A DNA stretch of 64,000 nt, taken from Tubiluchus corallicola. Its lineage: Eukaryota; Animalia; Priapulida. Position 1 is the first letter of the stretch. Every line of letters begins with the position of its first letter. The stretch covers positions 38,402 to 102,401 of the forward strand of contig JAQGDQ010000749.1 of NCBI GenBank assembly GCA_030141605.1. The letters run 5' to 3'. Positions 52,017 through 64,000 of the stretch are shown piece after piece. The notes below the pieces were generated by a model. It was given only the letters and a program-made list of their open reading frames with translations, had not been told where the DNA came from and did not search any database. Made by a program: the position numbers and the translations under genes.

Positions 52017-52096
<80 letters not shown>

Positions 52097-52118
52097 ACAA
52101 CATCATCAACCACATCAT

Positions 52119-52183
<65 letters not shown>

Positions 52184-52315
52184 TCAACAACATCAACAAC
52201 ATCAACAACAACAACAACAACATTTATGTAAAAGTCGGCTTTAAATTCAACAAACAGCACAAGACTGCTGTGACAGTAAATAGCAAACTACAACTACAAA
52301 AACAGAGATTATTAC

Positions 52316-52378
<63 letters not shown>
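48950..52378. repeat. Microsatellite cluster: (TTCTA)n 48950-49427, (CATA/CA/CCTA)n 50285-50862, (TAA)(CAA)n 51724-52222, (TTA)n 52316-52378
   Basis: Direct. Confidence 0.92.
51247..51510. mobile_element. hAT-like MITE carrying a (GA)n tract
   Basis: 14-bp TIR cagggccggcctta / taaggccggccctg; flanking direct repeat acgtata (7 bp). Confidence 0.85.
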
Positions 52379-52380
<2 letters not shown>

Positions 52381-52976
52381 TATTAATTGAGCAACAATTA
52401 TTAATATTTACCTGGTTTTTAGTATCGTGACAGTCAGATTTTTTTTTCAAAACATTTGGATTGCTCCATAAATCACAGCGTTTGATAGCAATCACCCCAC
52501 TTGGCAATATTTGGACATGTTTCTGAAATGATTAATCGATAATCAGTTGTTTTATCGCAAATTCACAGTAGTTACAAAATAGTGGTGTTAGCTTAATCAA
52601 GTTATCTTAATTTTACATACTATTAAAAAATAATAATCTTTCTATCTTTTATATAATCCCATATATGAGCTTCATTCATTACATCATTCTATTTTAAGCA
52701 CTAATGTTTTTTTAATCACACGATTCACTTTAAATTTTCAGATTATTTTAATTACTTTTTTTCTATCACTGTGTGGGACAATCTAACAAACCCTGCTTTT
52801 TGATTGCCCGCAACACATTTACCTTCGTATATAAGTGAACAGTGTTTGAGGCTTTTCCTGTGCAGTATTTCTTATTTGTATTATGTTCATTGTAGGCCCT
52901 TTCACTAGATATTGTACATGAAACTATTGTAAATGTGCAAGATGAAATAAATGACATGACTTATGTTTCCACTCAC

Positions 52977-53058
52977 ACTAAGTAGGCCTATTGCTCGGTT
53001 TCCTGACAAGGCATTCAGCTTTCACGTAACACCGACACTTTGATGGAGTCAAACTGAT
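52977..53058 (-). other. Candidate non-coding 5' UTR exon of VSP
   Basis: tatttgctttcag acceptor and AGT|GTGAGT donor bound 82 nt with stops in all three frames; splice signals only. Confidence 0.25.
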
Positions 53059-53265
53059 CTGAAAGCAAATAATGTTATAGAGGTTCAGTTACTAAATACG
53101 AATTGAATTGAACAGTAAGTGGAATGACACATCGTCTGCTAACTGCATCGTAGAAGCTGACGAGTTTTACTGCGCATTTACGACATGTGATTCATTCACG
53201 ATGAAATTCCGAACAAATCGGATGAATTCAGAATCTGTGATAAGTCCAGAATTCTGATTCTTCTT

Positions 53266-54476
53266 TACCTTAATTTTCAGTCTTTTTAAATTGCCTAGAT
53301 TTGGCACAATAAGCTACCTTAATTTTCAGTCTTATTGAATCGCCTAGATTTGGCACAATAAGCTACCTTAATCTTCAGTCTTATTAAACCGTCTAGATTT
53401 GGCACAATAAGCTACCTTAATTTTCAGTCTTATTGAATCGCCTAGATTTGGCACAATAAGCTACCTTAATCTTCAGTCTTATTAAACCGCCTAGATTTGG
53501 CATAATAATCTACCTTAATTTTCAGTCTTGTTAAAACGCCTAGATTTGGCATAATAAGCTACTTTAATTTTCAGTCTTGTTAAATCGCCTAGATTTGGCA
53601 CAATAAGTTACCTTAATTTTCAGTCTTGTTAAATCGCCTAGATTTGGCACAATAAGTTACCTTAATTTTCAGTCTTGTTAAATCGCCTAGATTTGGCACA
53701 ATAAGTTACCTTAATTTTCAGTCTTATTAAAACGCCTAGATTTGGCATAATAAGCTACTTTAATTTTCAGTCTTATTGAATCGCCTAGATTTGGCACAAT
53801 AAGCTACCTTAATTTTCAGTCTTATTGAATCGCCTAGATTTGGCACAATAAGCTACCTTAATCTTCAGTCTTATTAAACCGCCTAGATTTGGCGTAATAA
53901 TCTACCTTAATTTTCAGTCTTATTAAAACGCCTAGATTTGGCATAATAAGCTACTTTAATTTTCAGTCTTGTTAAATCGCCTAGATTTGGCACAATAAGT
54001 TGCCTTAATTTTCAGTCTTGTTAAATCGCCTAGATTTGGCACAATAAGTTACCTTAATCTTCAGTCTTATTAAACCGCCTAGATTTGGCACAATAAGCTA
54101 CCTTAATTTTCAGTCTTGTTAAACCGCCTAGATTTGGCACAATAAGCTACCTTAATTTTCAGTCTTATTGAATCGCCTAGATTTGGCACAATAAGCTACC
54201 TTAATTTTCAGTCTTATTAAACCGCCTAGATTTGGCACAATAAGCTACCTTAATTTTCAGTCTTATTGAATCGCCTAGATTTGGCACAATAAGCTACCTT
54301 AATTTTCAGTCTTGTTAAATCGCCTAGATTTGGCACAATAAGTTACCTTAATTTTCAGTCTTATTAAATCGCCTAGATTTGGCGTAATAAGCTACCTTAA
54401 TTTTCAGTCTTGTTAAATCGCCTAGATTTGGCACAATAAACTACCTTAATTTTCAGTCTTGTTAAATCGCCTAGAT
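53266..54476. repeat. 49-bp minisatellite (~25 copies)
   Basis: Unit taccttaattttcagtcttattgaatcgcctagatttggcacaataagc. Confidence 0.96.
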
Positions 54477-54647
54477 TAGTAGTCTTGATGTGCTTCGTGC
54501 AACTAATGTTGCCTATATAGAGGTGTATTAAATGAGTTAAAAAAACTTTGACAACCACTGATTACATAAGAACAAATCTAGTTAACAAATCTTGTCAACT
54601 GCCTTTGTAATAAATTTTTAAAACTGTAAAGAGATTTTGTAGACACC

Positions 54648-54689
<42 letters not shown>

Positions 54690-55242
54690 GTTTCCCGAAC
54701 AATCATGCTTTTTAAGCACCATACTACCTGTATATTTAATTTCGATGATACAGATCATTTTATAGGTTTATATATAGTAGTTAGCATGCTAGTAGGTATT
54801 AATGCTGACGATACAGATTTTTCTAAATCCAATAATTATTATCGATTTTGTCCCCGCAGACTGTAGATGTCTCTGGTCCAAATATCTTCTGTGTCGAAAG
54901 ACCTTAGACGTTAGCATGCAGAATACAGGACGCAATGTGCCTCGGGAAAATTGCGCGTGTTTTGAAAATTTATTACATCGTCCTAACAAAGTGTTCCATT
55001 TCCTCAGTCAAGATGCTCACTGAAGACTTTCATCTGTAAACAGTCCATTAACATCAAAGAGCTCACAGCATCTTTTTGACGCTCGCAGACTCGCAAAGAA
55101 AACTGTTATGCATCCTGGTAATTTCCTGACACAACTCGAACGTATAAACACGCGCGCGTGAAGCAAAAAATTTTTTTTTGGTTTTGATAAAACGGAATGT
55201 GATTGTCCTTGTCGTCGAGTGTAGCAAGTGCAAAACAGTCGC

Positions 55243-56751
55243 GATTTCAAACACTTGTTGAAGCCACATTCATAGGTAGTTTTCACCTTGCATGGAATAC
55301 GTGATTTTAAACACTTGTTGAAGCCACATTCATGGGTAGTTTTCACCTTGCATGGAATACGTGATTTCAAACACTTGTTGAAGCCACATTCATAGGTAGT
55401 TTTCACCTTGCATGGAATACGTGATTTTAAACACTTGTTGAAGCCGTATTCATAGGTAGTTTTCACCTTGCATGGAATACGTGATTTCAAACACTTGTTG
55501 AAGCCGTATTCATAGGTAGTTTTCACCTTGCATGGAATACGTGATTTCAAACACTTGTTGAAGCCGTATTCATAGGTAGTTTTCACCTTGCATGGAATAC
55601 GTGATTTTAAACACTTGTTGAAGCCACATTCATAGGTAGTTTTCACCTTGCATGGAATACGTGATTTTAAACACTTGTTGAAGCCACATTCATAGGTAAT
55701 TTTGACCTTGCATGGAATACGTGATTTCAAACATTTCTTGAAGCCACATTCATAGGTAGTTTTCACCTTGCATGGAATACGTGATTTCAAACACTTGTTG
55801 AAGCCACATTCATAGGTAATTTTGACCTTGCATGGAATACGTGATTTCAAACATTTCTTGAAGCCACATTCATGGGTAGTTTTCACCTTGCATGGAATAC
55901 GTGATTTTAAACACTTGTTGAAGCCGCATTCATAGGTAGTTTTCACCTTGCATGGAATACGTGATTTCAAACATTTCTTGAAGCCACATTCATGGGTAGT
56001 TTTCACCTTGCATGGAATACGTGATTTTAAACACTTGTTGAAGCCACATTCATAGGTAGTTTTCACCTTGCATGGAATACGTGATTTTAAACACTTGTTG
56101 AAGCCGCATTCATAGGTAATTTTGACCTTGCATGGAATACGTGATTTTAAACACTTGTTGAAGCCGCATTCATAGGTAATTTTGACCTTGCATGGAATAC
56201 GTGATTTTAAACACTTGTTGAAGCCACATTCATAGGTAGTTTTCACCTTGCATGGAATACGTGATTTTAAACACTTGTTGAAGCCGCATTCATAGGTAAT
56301 TTTGACCTTGCATGGAATACGTGATTTTAAACACTTGTTGAAGCCACATTCATAGGTAGTTTTCACCTTGCATGGAATACGTGATTTTAAACACTTGTTG
56401 AAGCCGTATTCATAGGTAGTTTTCACCTTGCATGGAATACGTGATTTTAAACACTTGTTGAAGCCGCATTCATAGGTAGTTTTCACCTTGCATGGAATAC
56501 GTGATTTCAAACACTTGTTGAAGCCGCATTCATAGGTAGTTTTCACCTTGCATGGAATACGTGATCTTAAACACTTGTTGAAGCCACATTCATAGGTAGT
56601 TTTCACCTTGCATGGAATACGTGATTTTAAACACTTGTTGAAGCCACATTCATAGGTAGTTTTCACCTTGCATGGAATACGTGATTTTAAACACTTGTTG
56701 AAGCCACATTCATAGGTAGTTTTCACCTTGCATGGAATACGTGATCTTAAA
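55243..56751. repeat. 60-bp minisatellite (~25 copies), stop-free in one minus-strand frame
   Basis: Lines repeat with period 60; translates as (KTTYECGFNKCLKSRIPCKV)n. Confidence 0.96.
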
Positions 56752-57095
56752 CTTGTACCTAAACCTATTTTTAGATATTATGAATATCGTATATTATAAA
56801 AGCCTTCTGCCAAACTAAATCGTTGGTAATGTGCAGATACTGTGTCTTAGAACACACAGAACAAAAGCCCGTTAGATGGTTTATCTTATAGACATGTTTT
56901 CATAAATGTTTATGCTTACGCTAATTAAAAATTGCTTGTTTGTTGCACTGTTGTTAATGTTGCTTGTGTATGTAAATATTGTAAGATATATATGTTAGTA
57001 TTTCAATTACCTGTTTCTCTTTTTACAGCAGTTTAAAACACAAGTAAGCATATAAACATGTTTACTCACGGTTTATATTATAAATATAATATGAT

Positions 57096-57705
57096 ATGGT
57101 ATGGTATGGTATGGTATGGTATGGTATGGTATGGTATGGTATGGTATGGTATGGTATGGTATGGTATGGTATGGTATGGTATGGTATGGTATGGTATGGT
57201 ATAAATTTACGCGAATAAAGCAAAAAAATGGTTTTTATAAAACGGAATATATTGCCCGAGTTTTTCGAATTTTCTTAGCATATATATACATATTCTGTGT
57301 GCTAAGAAAATTTGAACAATATATTCCGTTTCGTAAAAACCATTTTTTTATTTATTCGAGTAAGTTTAAACATTCGAGTGATGTCATTATCACAGATATC
57401 AACACTGTTTTTTTGTAGTAGTTCCATTCTACAAGCAATTACGTTTCAGGTTTTCAATGAGATTAACGATTTCCCCAGAGCGTTACAAAAACCTCCATTA
57501 TTTCAGCGGATAGAAACGCTCATTCATCATACAATTTGAAAAATGACATACTGTACAATGGAGTTGATGTTTACGAAATTTCCGCGCATTGTTGTGATTT
57601 GGGCACAATGGAGTTGATGTTTACGAAATTTCCGCGCATTGTTGTGATTTGGGCACAATGGAGTTGATGTTTACGCAATTTCCGCGCATTGTTGTGATTT
57701 GGGCA
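57096..57705. repeat. (ATGGT)n (57096-57202) and 51-bp x3 repeat (57555-57705)
   Basis: Direct. Confidence 0.92.
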
Positions 57706-57938
57706 GAAATAATGAAATGCCATGGTAACAATGACGCAAACGAACAGTAAATTGTCAAAACTGATAAATATGAGGTGTTTCAAAAGTGTCTGTTTAGTTT
57801 TTAAAAAATGTTAAAATTAAAGAGATTTTAGTTGCAGCTAAAGTCGACTGTTTCACAAATTCGTAGTGGCTTCGTACACCTATCGTAGCGATTTGAATTT
57901 ACACCTAAACAGGCCTGTATCACGTTCGTAACCAAGCA

Positions 57939-59176
57939 GCAGTTTTACAGTCAGATTTAGAAACAATGCAGTTTTACAGTCAGATTTAGAAACAATGCAG
58001 TTTTACAGTCAGATTTAGAAACAATGCAGTTTTACAGTCAGCTTTACAAACAGCACAGTTTTACAGCCTGCTTTAGAAACAGTGCAGTTTTACAGCCTGG
58101 TTTAGAAACAGCGCGGTTCTACAGCCTGCTTTAGAAACAGTGCAGTTTTACAGCCTGCTTTAGAAACAGTGCAGTTTTACAGCCTGCTTTAGAAACAGTG
58201 CAGTTTTACAGCCTGCTTTAGAAACAGTGCAGTTTTACAGCCTGCTTTAGAAACAGTGCAGTTTTACAGCCTGCTTTAGAAACAGTGCAGTTTTACAGCC
58301 TGCTTTAGAAATAGTGCAGTTTTACAGTCTGCTTTAGAAACAGTGCAGTTTTGCAGTCAGATTTAGAAACAATGCAGTTTTACAGTCAGCTTTAGAAACA
58401 GTACAGTTTTACAGTGGCTTTAGAAACAGTGCAGTTTTACACCCTGCTTTAGAAACAGTGCAGTTTTACAGCCTCCTTTAGAAACAGTGCAGTTCTACAG
58501 TCAGCTTTAGAAACAGCACAGCTCTACAGCCTGCTTTAGAAACAGTACAGCTTACAGACTACTTTAGAAACAGCACAGTTCTACAGCCTGCTTTAGAAAC
58601 AGTACAGCTTACAGACTACTTTAGAAACAACACAGTTTTACAGCCTGCTTTAGAAACAGTGCAGTTTTACAGCCTGCTTTAGAAACAGTGCAGTTCTATA
58701 GTCAGCTTTAGAAACAGTGCAGTTTTACAGCCTGTTTTAGAAACAGTGCAGTTCTATAGTCAGCTTTAGAAACAGTGCAGTTTTACAGCCTGTTTTAGAA
58801 ACAGTGCAGTTTGACAGTCTACTTTAGAAACAGTACAGTTTTACAGCCTACTTTAGAAACAGTACAGTTTTACAGCCTACTTTAGAAACAGTACAGTTCA
58901 CCGCCTGCATTAGAAACAGTGCAGTTTTACAGCCTGTTTTAGAAACAGTGCAGTTTGACAGTCTACTTTAGAAACAGTACAGTTTTACAGCCTACTTTAG
59001 AAACAGTACAGTTTTACAGCCTACTTTAGAAACAGTACAGTTCACCGCCTGCATTAGAAACAGTGCAGTTTTACAGCCCGCTTTAGAAACAGTGCAGTTT
59101 TATGGTCAACTTTAGAAACACTACAGTTTTACAGTCTACTTTAGAAACAGTACGGTTTTACAGACTACTTTAGAAA
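57939..59176. repeat. 29-bp diverged minisatellite (~42 copies)
   Basis: Unit gcagttttacagcctgctttagaaacagt. Confidence 0.95.
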
Positions 59177-59745
59177 GTTACTATCAACAGAGGACAACGC
59201 CCAAAAATGGTAAGACTTACCAATTTAATATAGACTAAAAAAAAATCAACGACTACGAGTTCACCACAATATGAAGGTAATTAGTCGATCAGCTGAAAGC
59301 AAATTGGAAATCAAATCAGTGATAGAATTCCAATCAGAAATTGGCCCAATGAAACGTCCTGCTTACAACCGTCACTTTTGAAGTCAGGCTGTTCTTCAAA
59401 CGATCCGACGCTACGGGACACATGCAGGGAGGGGGCTACATGTTTAAACCACTGCATATTGACTTCACAAAAAAATGTTATATCCAAGACCTTGCCTTCT
59501 GAATGCATAAAAACATATGGCAAAATTAAATTATTTTATTAAGTACTTTCCTGTGAGTTGTTCTAAGCACGTTAAAATATTAACTAAGGCCTACAATGAA
59601 ACCGGAATTGTATGTATCTTTGAAAGGGTAGCTTTGTAGCTTTATGTAGATGTAGCTTTGTAGCTTTTTATGTAGCTTTGTATTACAAGTCCAATATCTT
59701 GATCACTAGGGCAATCTCCCTGCTATCAAAGAAGGGCTTTGATTC

Positions 59746-60105
59746 TTTATTGCTCTTATACCATTGCTATTATTACATCATTTACTTCATCCTTATTTAC
59801 ATTAAGTTATCTACAGAATCATGCATAACTATAATCATTTTTTCTTTTAAGTAAGGTGAGTGTGTTAATGACCGTATGGTCGTACACTCACCTCGCACTA
59901 CTCAAATTATTACATCATTTACTTCATCTTTATTTACATTAAGTTATCTACAGAAGCATGCATAACTATAATCATTTTTTCATTTAAGTAAGGTGAGTGT
60001 GTTAATGACCGTATGGTCGTACACTCACCTCGCACTACTCAAATTATTTTATTTAAAGTTTATTAATGTTTTTGATATTGTATTTTTTGATGTGTGAAAT
60101 AAAAT
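59746..60105 (+). repeat. Copy of the 13272-13626 repeat (resembles a LINE/SINE 3' end with AATAAA)
   Basis: Reverse-complement similarity; hairpins. Confidence 0.75.
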
Positions 60106-60583
60106 TCATAGTTCATAGATTCAACTTTAATGTAGCTGGCGAAGCCATTCGTTACAGAGAAATGTTAAGGGGTACAAGGGGAAGCCACTAATGATATGAT
60201 ATTCAAGCCCTCCTGGAAACCACAACATGCTCAAGTTATTAGAAACCCTCTCAGAAGAGACGTCAATGGCAAAACTCGTTCTACTCTCAGAAATGCATAA
60301 CGCTCTAATAACGATTTGCTTGGAGGCATGGTGAAACATCCGTAGATCTAGAGATTGCTCGTTTGATAGAAACTTCTGCCGTCCAAAGCAAAACGAAAAA
60401 TACTTGAAAGAGCGTTCAAACTGCTCGAATGACAATATTTTTTGTGAAATTTCTCTTTTTTTTCTAATGTCATATTTCATGTCCAATTCTTCACTTTGAA
60501 AAAACCGTACGAAAAAATTACCGTACTTCGTACCTCTAAAAATATCGTACCGTAATTCCGTACAAAATTTCGTACCAAGTTCA

Positions 60584-60976
60584 TGTAGGATCTATTATAA
60601 AAAGGGTTGTGGAGATCGCTGGTATCTATTAGAATTACATAGAACATTGTACAATGTTCTGCTAGAATAATCGTCTTACCTTGTAGAATGTTCTGGAACA
60701 AAACTTCTAGAAGCTTCTCGGGCACGCTATATAAGGCGAAGCAGGCCGCTGAGACGGAGGCACACAGATTCACACGGACGTATACTTAAACATTCTCTTG
60801 TATACTTGTATTTTCAGATACACTCAAACGTTTTCCAGATTTTCACGTTTACTGTAATCATTTCGCGTTCCTTCATACTTTTGTGTTGTAGAATTCTCGC
60901 TTAATAAACTAGTTTAATTTTACGGCGTGTTTTCTGGTTTTCTGTACGAGCCTTCCGAGAGAAACAAAACACAACA
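60584..60976 (+). mobile_element. Possible solo LTR
   Basis: TGT...ACA ends, TATA-like ctatataa at ~60728, AATAAA at 60903; no TSD found and left boundary uncertain. Confidence 0.33.
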
Positions 60977-61327
60977 AAAAGAAAGAGTGGCATAAAAATT
61001 TACTGCAAAACGATAAGTTTATCAATTATTGTTATGAATTTATGCGTAATATGAAAACTGGACTGCTGTTTGAACTTCTAGAGCATTTATTTTAGATTAC
61101 AAAAGTTACACGAACTTATGAACGAGATATAAAATTAATTCGAGTTACTTTTTCTTAATATGTAATTTTCTGACAGACACTAAGAGTTATGGTCATTAAC
61201 TGGATTTTAATGGTTGTCTTAAATTAAGTGTTCATTAGTGACAAATTTTTAATGATGATTCAAATTAATAATGATTATATCGCGCAGGCTAAGGAGGTTA
61301 ACATGTTGGTAAAAAGGTGCACTTTTT

Positions 61328-61940
61328 TACCGTGTCATTTTTACCTGTGCCATTTTACCCGTGTCATTTTACCTGTACCATTTTACCTGTGCCATTTTAC
61401 CTGTGTCATTTTACCTGTACCATTTTACCTGTGCCATTTTACCTGTACCATTTTACCTGTACCATTTTACCTGTACCATTTTACCTGTACCATTTTACCT
61501 GTGCCATTTTACCTGTACCATTTTACCTGTCCATTTTACTTGTCATTTTACCTGTCCATTTTACCTGTGCCATTTTACTTCATTTTACCTACTTTTCCTG
61601 TGCCATTTTACCCGTGTCATTTTACCTGTACCATTTTACCTGTGTCATTTTACCTGTACCATTTTACCTGTAGCATTTTACCTGTGCCATTTTACCTGTG
61701 TCATTTTACCTGTGCCATTTTACCCGTGTCATTTTACCTGTACCATTTTACCTGTGTCATTTTATCCGTGTCATTTTACCTGTACCATTTTACCTGTGCC
61801 ATTTTACATGTGTCATTTTACCTGTGCCATTTTACCTGTACCATTTTACCTGTGTCATTTTACCTGTGCCATTTTACCTGTGGCATTATACCTGTGCCGT
61901 TGTTACCTGTGGCATTTTACCTGTGCCGTTTTTACCGTGC
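61328..61940. repeat. 15-bp minisatellite (ccattttacctgtgc variants)
   Basis: Direct periodicity. Confidence 0.93.
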
Positions 61941-63228
61941 ACGACAGTACATACCTATGCAATTATCAAAAATAACACTTAGAACAGGTGTTACACGAAT
62001 AGGTGTCAAACGTGGTAAGCAATATAAGCAGTTTGTTTACATACAGCAATAAATGTAAAGTAATTTATGGGAAATGACAACCGACTCTTTCTAAACAGTT
62101 TGCCATTTTTGCATCCAAAGTGAACCAATCTAGCCGTTTTGTTTGCATGTGTTCCGTGTTAATTAGGGAAGAACAATAAGTCCTCCCCACCCAGAAGGCA
62201 AAACAAGTGGTCATGCTGAGTTCCTCACCAATGAAAACGTTACAAGAAACTGAGTAAAATGGTACGGAAAAGGTACGAAAAAAATACGGTAATTTCGCAC
62301 CGTACCGTGCTTTTATGAATTTTTTCGTATTGCACCGTACCGTACTGCCTAAATAACTATGGAAGTTTTTGCTGAATCAATCAAAGTGGTTTATTTATGA
62401 TATTGCAGCAATGATCAGACTGAAATAACAACAACAAAATAATTACGTATAATACTGCCATACCGTATAGAACGTAACTACAAATATAAATGTTTCGAAT
62501 TACACTAATTTAAGAATTGTTTCTTTAATCACAAAAGTAAAACTGCAAATAATATACCGTTCTAAATGTTAAACATCTGCTTGACACTGCATGGAGTTCT
62601 TATTGTTAAATGTGTTAAAAATTGCCTCCTGGCGAACAGCAATACGGGTACTCTTCATATGCTGAAATCTTCGAGATCCTCTACTGCCAGCCTTGCTTTC
62701 AAGGCAATTTTAATATAAAAAAATCACATAGCAGGAAATGAATAAAATACTTCGCCACTTGACGTAGACCCACCGGACCGCCCACATAATAGTGACGTAG
62801 GCCTACACATTTGCAGAATTGATTTACGCTAATCATTTCAGTACGACATTTTACTGGTGTGTGACACTGGCTTTTTTGTTGGCAAGTCTAAAAATAGATC
62901 TTCTAAGCGCCAAAGCAGAGAATCACTGAACAGTGGAGTAGTTTTAGAGTCCGCCAAGTGAGAAGCCTATGATACTAGTGAAGTGAAAGTTTTCACATCT
63001 TGCATAGTGACCTCGATACGTAGCTCAATGAAACAAGGTTTATTATACAGTAAGCAGCATTATAAGCAATCGATAAACGAAATAACTAATACACGTCATT
63101 ACAATTAGTTGAAACATTATTGGCATTTATTATGTATGCCTTTGCAGCAGCTGCTACAGTTGTGTGCATCCCTAAAGACAGAATTACAGTTTCACTGGCT
63201 TACAATGACTGTCATTAAGGAGTTAGTT

Positions 63229-63540
63229 TATAGGTTTTTGTTTGAGTTGACCATAAATAAGGTTTTTGTTTGAGTTGACCATAAATAAGGTTTTTGTTTG
63301 AGTTGACCATAAATAAGGTTTTTGTTTGAGTTGACCATAAATAAGGTTTTTGTTTGAGTTGATCATAAATAAGATTTTTGTTTGAGTTGACCATAAATAA
63401 GGTTTTTGTTTGAGTTGACCATAAATAAGGTTTTTATTTGAGTTGACCATAAATAAGGTTTTTGTTTGAGTTGACCATAAATAAGGTTTTTGTTTGAGTT
63501 GACCATAAATAAGGTTCTTGTTTGAGTTGACCATAAATAA
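63229..63540. repeat. 28-bp minisatellite (~11 copies)
   Basis: Unit ataaggtttttgtttgagttgaccataa. Confidence 0.94.
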
Positions 63541-64000
63541 CAATAGCGTCTTGTCAACCACGTGACAGCAAGAACAGAACAGCTAAAGATGTTGACACTG
63601 GCATAAAATACCATCAGTTCTGCAGATGACTCAAAACTAGATTTACTACAATTCTTTTTATATTAATTCAATAATATGTTAGTGGATGGCACTCTAAATA
63701 CATCAATACATAACTCACTCACCTGGCGCCACCTGGCTAACAGGAAAAACGTTAAAGGCCACAAATGGTTTACTTTTGCACGCCACGAAAGATTGTTAAA
63801 CATTTTAAAAATGACAATTTTATATATACGTACGTTTTATTGCATCTAAATCAGAAAACAGTACAAAGAGAAGATAAGAATGAAAAAGGTAATTAGAGAC
63901 GTTCTCACCTCTTCCACTGAGCAATGTGATAACTGACTGACTGACAGTTACTGCCAACAACAATACATTTATTCAGCCAACACTACAGTTAATCTCCATG

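Noticed and set aside
43815-59176. 29-60-bp arrays as CRISPR loci
   Set aside because: Units are head-to-tail with no unique spacers, there are no cas genes, and the context is eukaryotic.

Overview
AT-rich, repeat-dense animal genomic DNA, probably from a non-dipteran protostome (inferred from a Kekkon-like gene occurring with a VSP). Two genes can be read. (1) On the minus strand, nine coding exons between 42813 and 19680 splice through GT-AG introns into an open 327-codon partial voltage-sensing phosphoinositide phosphatase (VSP/TPTE2): S1-S4 voltage sensor, linker and a PTEN-like domain with HCKGGKGR. Its remaining 3' exons were not found in the window. (2) On the plus strand, a single coding exon (15046-16875) encodes a Kekkon-like LRR-Ig-TM protein ending in the PDZ-type motif ETDL, apparently nested antisense in a VSP intron. 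The rest is micro/minisatellites, hAT-, piggyBac-, Kolobok- and Tc1/pogo-like MITEs, LINE fragments and a tRNA-derived SINE. Best leads: a 517-bp internally deleted RTE retroelement whose 5' end is a twister ribozyme starting exactly at the cleavage site; a 48-nt in-frame VSP micro-exon whose skipping would turn the R217-equivalent residue into Gln; and minisatellites that have amplified splice sites, a stop codon/PDZ tail and a transposon end. Most long ORFs in the track are simple-repeat artefacts. No database searches were run; family calls rest on motif recognition.
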